The notes under the pieces: model-generated | Told to the model about the DNA's origin: nothing | Databases searched by the model: none | Seen by the model: only the letters and a program-made list of their open reading frames with translations | Translations under genes and position numbers: made by a program | Source: Amoebophrya sp. A120 | Lineage: Eukaryota > Protista > Dinoflagellata | Reading direction: 5' to 3' | NCBI GenBank assembly: GCA_905178155.1 | Contig: CAJINV010000005.1 | Location: 5,411,038 to 5,475,037 of the forward strand | Length of the DNA stretch: 64,000 nt | In this document: in pieces, positions 25,901-38,600 of the stretch | Position numbering within the stretch: the stretch's first letter is position 1 | Layout of the letters: each line of letters begins with the position of its first letter

Positions 25901-28900
25901 CGGCGGCCAACTACCTATGAAAGCCTCAGAATGGAAATCCTCAAAGAGGACATACTTTGTGATGCATGAAATGCAAGGCAAAAAAGACTGGATTGCAGAG
26001 GACGCAATGGAGTCCGACTATTGTCCTGCTAGGGGTGAAGAATTGGGCTGCTGATTAGCACGACAGAAGGGCACCCCTTTGCTTAACTAGCATGACAGAC
26101 ACGTTTTGAATGCCCGGGAAATTTGTCATGCGCCGACTACAAATGGCGCTTCAACTGGAGTCGTTTTTTTGCATTACAAATTATTTCCACTTTGAGGATT
26201 TCCAACCTGAGGCTTTCATACTACCCTGGTGCTCTTGCGTCGTCCGGGGGCGCCGCACAGTTTCTGCCCCCCGCGCGTCGTCCGCCGCCACTGTCGCCCG
26301 AGGAGCAAGAGAGGCTGGCCGCGCTAGATCGCGCTAAGGGTACCAGCTCTCTGGCGAAACGCAGAGCCGCGCGTGCGAATAAGAGCAGTGGGTCCTTGGC
26401 AATGGCCAACATGGTGCAGCTGGTGGCGAACAACAAGCAGGCAAATAAGACGCACAACGTGCAGGCGGAGGACAGCACGATCGTCAACTCTGCAGCGAGC
26501 ACCGAATTATCAAATGCAAAAAATTGTCTGGGTCTGGAAGATTGCGAGATTTGTCATGCTTGTCTGACATGACCAAAACGTCTGTGCTGATGCGTGTCCA
26601 AGTAGAGACCCTTGTGCCTGTCATGCAAAAACGCAGTTTGTCATGCGAAAAACGCAACACGAAGAAGCGCAGATATTAATTTCTCATGCTTGTCTGTGCA
26701 TTACAGAGCGTTCACCATTCCCATCGCAGCATTAAAAGTTTCCAGACCCAGACATATTTGCAGTTCATACGAATCCCCAACGCGCAACACACAGCAGCTC
26801 GACAGCAGCGTGGTACATATCAACTGCAAATATGTCTGGGTCTGGAAGTAGAGTGCGAACTTGTGATGCGCATTTCACAACACATAAAAATCTCTCATGC
26901 ATAGGCAGCAAAAGCTACCCACTCTCTGGCGTCACCAAAATGTGGCATTTGTGGTCTTGCGGATTCACGGCATTGCGGAAGCTTCTCGAAATCTGTGACG
27001 CTAGAGCTTCCATGCCAGACCTTATGCGTCATGCAAAAGCAGCATGAGACCCAGACACACACATTTGCATTTGATAGTACAGCCGCAGGATCAACAACAT
27101 AATCCGGTTGAGCACGAACACGTAGAGGGCTGGCACAACGCCGCCGCCGGGCGAGTGCCAGAAGGAGATCAAATCATATTAACCCCCCGCGGCCCACCAG
27201 GAGAAGCTGAAGCAGAAAGAGATGAAAGTGAAATTATATTCACCGGCCTCGCAGCACCTGTAGTTCAAGTCTTCACTTTGGGTGCGCTGTATTGCATGCC
27301 AAAAGCAAAAACGGCACTGCGCGCGCCAGCACTGACAGGGGCTGCAGGCTGCCCTTGCATAGGGCGCAGAACTACTGTAGGCCCCCTTCGCACCTGCTCG
27401 CGCGCTCTGTTAGTTTGAATTGCAGTGGCTGGCGCGCTCTGCTTTGTTTCTGTGCTGAAGCAAAACAATGATGGGCGGTAGCGGGGTCATGGGGTGGGGG
27501 AGGCGGGGCTTTCTCTTGAATGATTCACGGACGGGCAGCGCTTTTTTGCCTTTTCTGAGGATATTCATTCGGGAGCCGGCTCTTGTTGTGAATTTTCGCA
27601 AGAAGCGCTGCTTTTCTGGATCCCGATTTTGAATCATTCAGCGGCCGGGAGCAAGCGGCCGGGCCTTGCTTCCCTTTTTTTTGCCTCTAGGCACACACGC
27701 CGCAGGCCTGGGCAGAAGCCTGGCGCACACGCTGCCAGATTGCATTCCAGGCGCAGAACTACCTTGCTTACCGTCTAGGTATGGGGTGCGTCTTGTTCTG
27801 AGTTGCAGAACGAAGAAAAACCTTGCAGGCGGCGGCAACGAAGCCAAGGCGGGCACGTAGCTGCGCGCGCAGGCACGTAGCGACGCCTATACTTCTTCTC
27901 CCCGGTGCTTGTTGGCGCAGCTACGATGCGCCGATGAAACAACGCGCAACTATTTCCGCGTGCCGGAGGCGGAGGCCGCTGCCACGCCTCAGACCTCCGC
28001 TGGCGCCGTTGGCGTTGCTTTTTTTGCCGCGCCTGCTCGGTAGTTGCTGTTTTGAAACTCAGGGCGTGGCTGTTGAACCCGGAAAACGTCGGCTTCGGTG
28101 TCGGTGACGGGCGTGTTTGAAAAAATCATTCTTCTGCAAAGTGTAAATATTCACGGCCGATTTTGAATATATTCAAAATAGATCCATGAAGCTAAATGGA
28201 CTTTGTCCCTTCATAAGAAAGAGATGAAAGTGAAATTATATTCACCGGCCTCGCAGCACCTGTAGGTGTAGTTCTCCCGACACCTGTCTTGCACGACCAC
28301 CATCCTTCTCCCCGACGTCTTCAACAGCGTGCTGAGGGGGAAAATCATGAATCATTGCTGCTGAGGAAAGCGAAAGGTGAGGAGCAAATAAATGATTTTT
28401 ATACTAGTCTTCTTGATGAACAAGAACAAGCAGCAGGAGGAGCGCATTCGTCGTCCTCTGCCGGCGGGTCTTCAACTACATCTTATGGAAGCGTCAGGTT
28501 TGAAATCGCCAAAGTTGAAATAATTTGTGATGCGTAATAAAATGCATAGCGCAAAATACGTGTGTTGCAGAGCAGGCAAGGAAGGCCGATTGTGAGCCTG
28601 TTTGGGGTTAGAGCTCGAGCTGCTAAAGTAGCATGAGAAAATCAGCCATCTTTGCCTAAACAGCATGCCAAACTGGATTTAGGCATCTTCGCCAAAATTT
28701 GTCATGCGCCACTTGGAAACTGGGCTCCAGCTGGCATCCATTTTATGCATCACAAACTATTTCAACTTTGACGATTTCAATCCTGACAGTTCCATACATC
28801 TCGTCGTGCTAGTAGTTCTCCTTGTTCCTCAGGTGGCCCTCGGAAGATGAACAAAAACTTCTACGTACTATCAAGATAAAAATCCCCCCTCGTCCCCATA

Positions 28901-30791
28901 CAACACAAACGGAGATTTGTGTAGCATGATTTGTGATCAGATGAAATCGCCTTGTCATGCTAGAGGGGAAGAGATGATGCCATGCGGCCTGTAGTGGCGG
29001 CTGCCGTGGGAACAAAGCCTTGCGTCTTCTAGCAAGCCGACTTGTGTACGCAAATCCAGCATGACAACTATCCTCTTTGATATAGGCTGGGGGGATCATT
29101 TTTCCTCACAATACTAGGAGTCCTCGCGGCCCATAATTCCGTCCTCAACTATGGCGTTCTCAAACGTTACATTCTTAACTGTTTCTGTTGCACGAATCTG
29201 TGATGCAAGAAGAGCAATATGGAAAGGGGCAAGTCTCGCAGAGTCTCGCATCACAATTTTGCAACAGATGTCGATGCTGTTTAGCCCTTCGAGAATTTGT
29301 CATGCAGAGCGCCTTAATCTCCTGGCGACTTATGGGAATTTTGCATGACAAATCATGCAACAGTTGAGAATGTAACGCTTGAGAGTCCCATATCAACTGG
29401 AGAGCAGCCAGACCAGCACGACGACGACGTATCAAAGTGCACAACTCGTCCCTCTGCCCCTCATTTCTTGTGTTGCACGAACAGCAATACATCAAGCGTC
29501 AGCAAGAATTCTACACGTTTTGCATGACAAATCTGGACAGGAGAGTAGTGCTATTTGGGCTGCCAGAACTTCAACTTGTCATGCAAACTACAGTGCCAAG
29601 ATAAATCAGGTACTGTTCTCTACATGCCGAATATGAGGGGGACGAGGGGGAGTTGTGCAGGTGCACTCTCATACGACGACGATGACGACGAAGCGAGTGA
29701 AACCGAACAAGATGAAATGCTCACGCCGCTGGTTGAAGGAGGTGTACCGAGAAGTACAACAACTCCGGCGAGGTGGACGTCATCTTGTTCATCTCGTGTA
29801 ATATGTAAGAATCCTTCCTGGACTTCCTCCCCCTACGAGGATGAGTATGCGGACTACACGGGAGAGACTGAAGACCGCCTTGAGGAAGAGGATCGCAGCT
29901 CGTTTATCCCTTCCTCGTGCCCGTCCCGCGCCTGCGAGCGGGGACGACGAGCAGGAGCTCCTGCGCGACCACGTGCGATGGCAAGCACGAACCCGCTGCA
30001 CAATCGACGAGGCCGGCCGGCGCCGCGGCGCGAGAAGATGCACCAGGAGGTAAAAACTAGTACACTCGGCGTCGAAGAAGTTCATCTTCCAGCAGCAGAC
30101 CGTGTTGTACAAGAACCAGCTCGAGGAGCTCCTTCATCCACGAAGGGCTCGGTCCACCAGATGGAACCAACACGGCCACCAACAACATCAATATCAAACG
30201 GTAGTACCACGAAGAAACCAGCTTCTAGTACTTCTGCCTACCAGAGCGCCACGGAGCGGATGAAGATTTTGTTCAAAATATCCTGTGGAAAAACTAACAC
30301 CCACGACACCCCAGAGTATTGACGCGGCTGGACAGCAACTACACAAGTCCGGAAGTTGTGGGAGTGCTCACGCATGACAGGTAGTTGTTCCTGCTCTCTG
30401 TAGAATTCTAATGCATTTTAGCAACTGCAACTGGTGGTGGAAGTGCCACAGTGGATGATCGCAAAGGCATTACAAATTGGAGAACGCGGTTGGAAAAAAT
30501 CGAAATGCCTCGCATGGGAATGCGCATTTTTGACTACAAATCTTGATCTTCCTGTAACTACTGCAAATCTGCATGACAACTCTGGGGTCCACCTCATGGG
30601 ACAGTTTTTTCTCAGGATACAAAACGGGCTCTGAGAAGCTGACGCTGATTTTGCGGAGCAGCGATGATTCCTCTTCCAGCTGTAACTACACCGACGATCA
30701 CGCTAGTTGGATCATGAATACGTCAGACGAGGACGACGAAGAAGAGTTGCTGCTCATCAACAAACGGCTAGGAAAATTGAACAAAAAGTAA
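19971..30791 (+). CDS. Gene 3, hypothetical protein with N-terminal hydrophobic (putative TM) segments and a long low-complexity tail; 23 introners plus one 952-bp insertion
   Basis: Frame reconstructed from 21013 to TAA at 30791 (…VISVAGVSGGSLLLLIAVVLR…GVLFWFAVITGVALLVAAM…KRLGKLNKK). The 5' structure (19971-20747) and start codon are unresolved. Confidence 0.75.
20138..20368. mobile_element. Introner family H (TIR TATGACAGTGCRCAACTC)
   Basis: TIR; TSD TGGAT vs TAA-TGGAT. Confidence 0.85.
20748..21012. mobile_element. Introner family B
   Basis: TIR, TSD GCACT. Confidence 0.92.
21195..21457. mobile_element. Introner family B
   Basis: TIR, TSD CTACA. Confidence 0.92.
21534..21812. mobile_element. 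Introner family D
   Basis: TIR, TSD GGCTG/GCGTG. Confidence 0.9.
21945..22257. mobile_element. Introner family C
   Basis: TIR, TSD AAAGG. Confidence 0.92.
22430..22789. mobile_element. Introner family E
   Basis: TIR, TSD GAAGA/GAAGG. Confidence 0.9.
22813..23074. mobile_element. Introner family B
   Basis: Near-perfect ~30-bp TIR, TSD TCAAC. Confidence 0.93.
23144..23291. mobile_element. Introner family A
   Basis: TIR, TSD GGACG. Confidence 0.92.
23337..23597. mobile_element. Introner family B
   Basis: TIR, TSD AAAAA. Confidence 0.92.
23683..23908. mobile_element. Introner family H
   Basis: TIR, TSD GAGGG. Confidence 0.92.
23972..24292. mobile_element. Introner family E
   Basis: TSD TTCCA. 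Confidence 0.92.
24359..24612. mobile_element. Introner family B
   Basis: TIR, TSD GAGGA/GATGA. Confidence 0.9.
24789..25095. mobile_element. Introner family C
   Basis: TIR, TSD GACGA. Confidence 0.92.
25138..25444. mobile_element. Introner family C
   Basis: TIR, TSD CCAAC. Confidence 0.92.
25650..25866. mobile_element. Introner family F
   Basis: TSD GTGCA. Confidence 0.9.
25916..26220. mobile_element. Introner, C-related interior with distinct TIR TATGAAAGCCTCAG
   Basis: Perfect 14-bp TIR, TSD CTACC. Confidence 0.92.
26508..26769. mobile_element. Introner family B
   Basis: TIR, TSD CGAAT. Confidence 0.92.
26818..27076. mobile_element. Introner family B
   Basis: TIR, TSD GTACA. Confidence 0.92.
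27264..28215. mobile_element. 952-bp insertion flanked by a perfect 50-bp direct repeat inside gene 3
   Basis: 27214-27263 is identical to 28216-28265 (AGAAAGAGATGAAAGTG…CACCTGTAG). Removing 1002 nt restores the frame. Confidence 0.75.
28484..28796. mobile_element. Introner family C
   Basis: TIR, TSD CATCT. Confidence 0.92.
28869..29113. mobile_element. Introner family E-like (diverged)
   Basis: Degenerate TIR; flanks CGTAC/CTAGG; frame restored by +5 removal. Confidence 0.8.
29150..29392. mobile_element. Introner family J (TIR …TCTCAAACGTTACATTCT)
   Basis: TIR, TSD TCAAC. Confidence 0.92.
29430..29673. mobile_element. Introner family H
   Basis: TIR, TSD CGACG. Confidence 0.9.
30279..30619. 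mobile_element. Introner family D-like
   Basis: TIR, TSD CAAAA. Confidence 0.9.
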
Positions 30792-32688
30792 ACTACAGCA
30801 TGGGCCGCGGCGGCATGGCAGGAACTGGAACTGGAACTCTGTGGGCGGGTACTAGATGAAACCACCGACCAATTATTATAACTTCTCAGTTTCATCGTCG
30901 TTGTCTTCTTCACCGGCAGCTGCTACGAAATTTCGTCATCTCGTGGTGTAACTACAAGATCGACGTGGACGTGGTTTGATTCATTCTCATTACTCCAAGC
31001 ACAGCCCATACAGAGGCGCACTACTTCCAGTTTTTCTTTTCGCCTCGTCTCCTCCATAAGTATACCTCGTTCTTATACACACGAAATTTTGATTTCATAA
31101 TCTCTCTATGTTTTTTTCCAATGTCTACGGTATCTACAGAACACGCATCACTAGCATACATGCCTTTTGGCTTTGATCATTTTTTAGCTGTGGCTCATGA
31201 ATGTGCTATCGGCGCAGCATGCACAAGCAGCCTTTTTTGGCGTTTTATCATTTTTTCACATATTACTCACTGACTTCGATTTTCAATTTCCAATCTTTTT
31301 TTATACCATTTGTTTTGCCTATATTTTCATTTTTGATTTATTCATCATTTAAAAGTCGCTCTTCTCTCTATCCAAGAAGTATTGAGTCGTTCCATCTGAA
31401 GATATCAAAGAAAAAAATTACGTGCAATACCGATACAAAAATACCGATAGTACGACTAAAAACCACAACTCCTAACGTGACAGTCGCCCGCATGTTTACC
31501 TCTGAGCAGTACGCTGACTGAATTTAGAACTAAAAGAAACACTCCATCGGCTTTTGCGCGTTGCTGCCGCCGGCCTGCAGCACGGGGCTGCTATTGCTAT
31601 TCAGCCCTGGCCCTGTATAGAAGATTGATGTTCTTGTTGTTCGCGAAATTGGACGACGGGCTAGGTGGTGAAGTTTAGTAAGACAATTTCAATTCCCAAG
31701 AAGAAGTCCAGCTTGCGAAATGCTCGGGAATTCTTGTACCGGACGAGCATAAATGGGTCGTCGATTTTTGCGATGATTCGCGTACCGCTCGTACGATCCT
31801 GCAATATGATCCTCCAACGTAGCGGCCTAGATCGTCATATGAAGTTTGATGTGGTGTTGGCCTCGTCGTCGTGTGGTCGTGGAGATTGACTGATTTCGAT
31901 GTTCCCTACTTTTTAGTCATTTATGCGATTGAGAATGAAAAGGTTACGACGACTGCAACAAGGGTCACGATGAAAATGTAGGTTCGTGACGATGACTGCA
32001 ACAAGGGTCTGCTATAATTTCACGAAGATCCACTTCAATATCAATTTGTAAAAAATTTCGGGTCGCTCGTTGTACAACTCTCGTGTGTGTTATACCAATT
32101 TTTGATGAAGATGATCTGCTGGGTGCTGGAAGGCTATTTTTAGATTGTGTTTCCTCGTCGTGAAAAGAATTTCGTTTTTCATCGGGAGTTCTTGCACCAT
32201 AATTGATATAGATTTGCCGGCCACCTCGGAACTAACAATCCAGTGAAAAATATTTTTTTGCGATGGACCACAAGAGGAAGCCGTGGTTCGCGTTTATTTC
32301 GAGAAGCGAAAAATCGAGAGTAGCATTGATCTTCGTCGAGACTCATGAAACATTATCAATGGTGGATATGTGGATCATGTTGTTGATGTAGGTATAGGTT
32401 CAGGTCAGTTGTAATGCCATTGGTTGCATTGCGAGGCTTGTCCTTGTGTTTTTTTCAAGGGACCACGGGCCTGAAAATCAAAATCTTCGGAGTTGTGGAA
32501 ATCGTGCTGCCGTGTGATGGCCAAGCTCCTTCGGATCTCCATGAAGATCGTGGGAATATGTAAAACGAAACTCGTACATTCATAAGGCTAAGGCATAGCA
32601 CACGACGAAGGAATTCCAATTCGCAGTTTGCGTCCACGACCACGACCACGGGGGCGGGAGTGGATTCTGATCAACAACATCAAGGAAA

Positions 32689-35600
32689 ATGTCGGCGTCT
32701 TCGCTTTCCTCGGCCGCCCCAGGTCCACCTCCTCGTTTTGCCCCAGCCATGTCGAGTAGACAATCTTGTTCGACGCCTAGAAGCGAAAACTCTTCGACAG
32801 CAGATCACCACCTGCACCTCCAAGACCGGCTTTTGCGCGTGAAACAGATCGAGAATGGTATTCGGACGGAGATCGCGCGGGCTCGGGCGGCGGGGCCGGC
32901 CGCGCGGAGGCCTGCTACGGGAAATCGCCAAGTAGATGAACACCTCCATTCTGTCGTCTCCCGGGAAGTAGATGTAGAAGTTGCAGCCAGTTGTACAACG
33001 GGGAGGACCCGCACAGCAGCTCCGGTCACGGACATCCAAGTCGAGGAGCAGCCAGGTGTTCCTAGTGCAGCTGATTTTGACCATGATTTTTCATTTTCCC
33101 CCACAAGAACGGCGGCCAGACCCGGAGCCGGGGCCACGACTGTCGCACACCAGCGCAAAGAGGCGACCACAGGTCGGCCCAAGAACAAAGAGGCGATGGA
33201 TGAGAAAGAGCAAGACACTTGGTCCGAAAATAGCGATTTATTGCGAAGAGTGGAAAAATACGAACAGGTAGAGGACCAAGCAGGTGGAAAAAATTCTAAC
33301 TATAACATCGAAGAAGTTCAACAAGATCAAGATGATGAAAAGGAAAACTTCTACTCTCCCGAAGACTTCTGCACTCACAGTCACAGCCACCAAGGTCAGC
33401 GACAGGACCCTCCACAGCCACAACCAGATGAACCAGGGTCAGGTGTGGAAGTAGTAGTAGAAGATGAAAAGAACAAGAAAAATCGCATTGAAGAAACATT
33501 GGATCACCAGGACCACGACCGCGATCATGACCTGCTCTCTTCCACTTCTTCCTGGGCCGTCCGAGCGGTAAAACAAAACTTCAGCAACCTGTTTTATTTC
33601 AACAACAAAAAAAACTACGCCGAGAATCCGAATCTTCGCAGTGTTGCCACCAGTGCTGGTGCGCCTCCAACTACTGCCATGGCTATGGCTTCCACAAAAT
33701 GTAAGCAGCAAGGAGGTCCTCGCTGTGAAGATAACATGAGCAACTTGCTCAGCGCGCGGAAAAGCGCAGTGCTTTCCGGAGGAGCTGCAGAGTGTGACCA
33801 CCAGGGTGGAGGAGCACGTGGATGGACACAAACAGGAAACGGGCAACATCTAGATGAACTAAAAGTGTCGTCGACGTCGAAAGCAGCAACTACAACACGC
33901 ACGTCTTCAAAGCTACTGAACTTCGAGCCAGGAGTGGGGCTCAAATTGACAGCACTTTTGCCGAAAACGTTTCAGATGAATTTGCTCTCTGGTCGGCGAG
34001 AAAATCTAAATCATGGGGTCGACAATAAAACCTGTTTGAGTTGTACTAGTACTTCTGAAGGACGAACATCTACATCAGGCGCAGCTCCTACAGCATCTCC
34101 TGTCGAGGGCAGAAGTACTACGACGATGAGGACGACCACAGGGACTTCTAACATCGTCGACACTTCTACAGGAGGCCGCGGAAAAGTGGACCGGAAGTTG
34201 GAGAATCAAAATACTTGCTCGACAACCAACTCCAACTACGCTTCTTCGAAGGTATGAATTGCAAAAATGTCTGGGTCTGGAAGATTGCCAGATTTGCCAT
34301 GCTAGTCTGGCATGACTCTGAACTCTGTATTGCGTGCCCGCGAAAAGCGCTTCCTATCTGTCATGCAAAAACGCAGTTTCTCATGCGGATTAGGATTACG
34401 CAACTCTCTCTGAACCACGGAAAAACTTGTCATGCTGGACAGCGCATTACTACAGTGCGCTCACTCGTCCCTTTCTTGCATCACAAGTTTCCAGACCCAG
34501 ACATTTTTGCATTTGATAGAAGGAAACAACCTCTGCGATGAACGTCCTCAGCAGCCGCACCAGTTGTACTAGTTCTAGTAGGTTATGGGAGTGTCAGGAT
34601 TGAAATCGACAAAGTTGAAATGATTTGTAATGCATAAAACGGATACCAGTTGGCGCCTAGCTTTCAAGTGGCGCATGAAAAATCTGGGTAGAGCCGAAAT
34701 CCGGTTTGTAATGCTGTTTGGGTACGAGAGAAGCCTTTTGTCATGCTACTTTAGCGCCTCTACTTCTACCCCTCAACAGGCTCACAATCTGCCTCCTTTG
34801 CCTTCTCTGCAAGACAGGCATTTTGTGGGTTGCATTTTATGCATCGCAAACTATTTCAACTTTGACGATTTCAATCCTGACGCTTCTATATAGCTGCTCT
34901 GGCGGCTATGATAATTCGAGTGCACATCCTGCCGCTGTTCCTCAACAGCGACTTTTGCTCGGCAAGAACATCTATCCTGTGCAAAAGTATCGTACTCGTA
35001 GTAATCGCGTTCATGCAATACATCAAATTTTATTTCTCATGCTGAGGAAATTTGTCATGCGACTTATATATACTAGTACGATGCTTTTGCATTTCATAAC
35101 ATCGACCTCCTCAGTTGCTCTTCTTCGCTCCTACAGTGGCCAGCCCGGCGCTCGGACAAGAACTCCTCTTCATCTTCGGTGCCATATGAACTGCAAAAGT
35201 AAAAACGTATTCGTATAAATGCATTACAAATTTCCTCAGCATGAGAAATAAAATTTGTAATGCTGATTTACCTTCAGAGAAAGATTTGTAATGCATGATT
35301 GCAATACGAGTGCGATACTTTTGCACACGATATGCCAGCTAGTTGCACGACACCGGAGGATCTAACCAGTTCTTATCCAGGAAAAAACACAGCACATCCC
35401 CATCAATTTTTCGCATGACGAACACTGAATTTTATGCATGTTTTGCATGACAAATTGAATGGGGATGGGTGTTTTTTCCTGGATAGTTCCTCGAAAGAAA
35501 CCATGATCGCGCCGCCGGCGCACGAAGTTGTATCTGCAGCAGCGGAAGCACATGATGCACAGCAGGCGCAGGAGAAGCGAAAAGATGATCAAGATGTTAA

Positions 35601-38600
35601 TGAGGAGCGTAGGCAGCTACAACTGGAGCTTGAACAAGCTACTTCATCAACTCGGAAGATTTGGACACCGCTTTTCGATTTGAAACTCCCCGGGGCGAGG
35701 GAAACAGCAGCTGTGAGTAGTACTAAGAGTGGTCGTGTTGAGCTGTTTCAACATCTGAATGTTGGCGCTTCTACTTGTAGGACGAAGGATTCGTTGAAAG
35801 CAGGGCAACAAGAAGGAGCCAAGAAAACCTCGTCAAGTAGAGTGGGGGGTATGAAGAACGCTTACGGGCGGGGCGACAAGGCAAATTCTCTTTCTCAAGA
35901 ACACGATAGCACTCCTGCTCCAGGTCGTTCAGGTGCGGCTGAAACCGGAAACATCAAAGCTAGCGAGGTGGACGACGACGCAGCTGCTGGTACAACATCA
36001 ACATCTTCTGCAGCACTTGTACTTCCAGAGGCAGCAAAAATACAACCGACGCACGCGAAGGAAAATAAGAATTGCATGACGGTGATACACGCGGAGGATG
36101 TGGAAATTTTGGTAGAACAAGATGAGTTGGATCTACTTCGTCCGACGACCTCAGCGCAGCAACGACAACGAGAAAGGTCGACGAAGCCGAATGGTAAGAA
36201 GGTGACTACAACCACCACGACCATTATCAAGCACCCGCGGGTAACGCCGGCTTCGAAGGTTATGAAGATGCAGCTAGGAGGAGCAGGGTATGGGTGTGTC
36301 AGGATCGAAATCGACAAAATCGAAAAACTTGTGATGCATAAAATGCAGGGCACTGAAGGCGTGTATTGGGGAGCAGGCAAATGAGACCGATTGTAAGCCT
36401 GTTTAGGGGTATGCAATGTGCTGCCAGAGAAGCATGACAGGAGCCGTCTACTTTGTCCAAACAGCATGACAGACTGGATTTGGGTGCTCCCGAAATTTGT
36501 CATGCGCCACGTGGAAACTGAGGCTCCAACTGGTATCGATTTATATACATCACAAATTTTTCGACTTTGTCAATTTCGATTCTGACACATCCATACAGGG
36601 GGCTCTACTAGTAGTGCCGCAAGCCGCACCGCCGCATCATCTTCTACTACGAGGACTCCGGGACCACGACGAGAGTTGTCGTCTTCGACGACCACTGCGA
36701 ATGCCAGAGCCGCCGCGCCCGCCCGGATTGCTACTTGTGGTGAAAATGAAAATGAAGAAGCGTCCTCTTCGATGGCCGCCCTGTTGTACTCTGCCAAGGG
36801 CGCACTGCTTCTAGAAGCATCATCAACAAGTGCAAGAACTTTAGTCACATCGTCCCCGGCCGCTGGAGGACACGATGACGATGAAGCACTTCTGACTTCC
36901 GGTAGTTCTGCTGCCGCCACTGCCGAGGTTGAACAGAAGGACCACTACCCGCCCAATACCAGCCTGAGCACGACGACCGGTGAAAACACCACAAGCGCCG
37001 GCGGCGCGCTGAAGATCATTCCTTCCGCGCCCGCCTTGACCATCTTCACGGCCCCAAAGCTGCAAATCCCGCATATCGCAAGAAAGAAGTGTTACAGTTA
37101 CACATTGTGTTGCAAGACCGGCAACACAGACAACCCTTCTCATGCAGGAAATGCTTGAGAGCCTCGCGTCCTTCCTGTTTTCCCTTATGATCTTCGCATT
37201 ACAAGTTTTCTCTGTGTCAAGTTTTCTCTGCCGCACAGAGAAAATCTGTGATGCAGAAACTCCAACAAATGTGTAACTGTTGTAACGCTTTTTTCTCATG
37301 ATCCCGCAGGCAAAGAAGCCAGTACTGAGCGGCTCTCCGCTGTTTCCGACGACCGCGCTGCATCAAGAGGGGACTACTTCATGTGGAGCAGAAGGAAAGG
37401 ACGGTGGTACAACGACGAGGGCGCTGACGAGTCTTTCTGCCGCGTCCAGTACTAGCGGACTCGTCGGACGATCAGCGAACTACCTTGGTGATGAGCGCGG
37501 ACTTTCTTCTAAAAACAGTAAGACGTCAACCTCGTTCAGTGCTGAGGGCAGTGCTCTCTTGGCACCCCCGCCGGTAAGTAGATCAACTAGCGTTCGCTCC
37601 TATGCATTGCAAATATGTCTGGGTCTGGACGAATGCAACTTGTGATGCTGACTTTGGATTCTACAAAAATCTGTATTGCATGAACAGCAAAAGAGGTCCA
37701 GTGTTTGCTACTGCGTCGAGAGGGCATTTCTCATGCGGTATAGGCATCAGGAAGCCCTCATAAAATCTGTGATGCTAGGGCATGCGTCACAGATCGATCA
37801 GGAGTCAACATGCAAAATGTGCATGACAGACCTGGCGCCTCCCTTCCAGACCCAGACATATTTGCATTTGATAGCCTCCCGAAGATGTTGTTCCCCACGA
37901 AAGCGGCAGCGACCGCCGTGCCTGTTGGCAAAAAACTCCTGTTGAATAATTTCAGTGGCACCAGCACCGCGCCGTCTCCTTATCAAATGTAAAAATGTCT
38001 GGGTCTGGAAACTTGTAATGCTAAAAGTGAATGATAGAAGCACTGCAATACGCAGCTATGCATGACAAATTTTTTGGCTGCTATGTCTTACGTATTCCGC
38101 ATGGCAGACTGCGTTTTTGCATGACAGGTAAGCGGGCCTTTTCGTGCCTATGCAACACAGATTCTCGAGTCATGCCAGACAAGCATGGCAGACTTGCATT
38201 CTTCCAGACCCAGACATTTTTACAATCCATACTCCTATGGGAGGTACAACAACTATTGGCCTGCTTGAGGACCCATCTGCAGGAAGGTCATCAACATGGA
38301 AGACGATGTCGTCCGTAGTTCTTGCGTATCCACACTAAATTTCCCGTACACGTAGTACAGATGCGATTTCTGCATGACAAAACTTTCATTCATCCTATTC
38401 AGCATGACAAGCGTCATGCTTCAAGTTGGCGAAATTTGTGATGCATTTGGTACGTCGTGACTGTGCAGGAAATTTGTATTGCATATTGCGCCATCACTGC
38501 TGGCGCAAGGGCAACAAGGCCAAGGGGACGTCGCTTTGAGAAGTGCTGCTCCTACTAGTACTAGAGCAACTGGCGTTCTTATTAAGTCCACGACCTCGTA

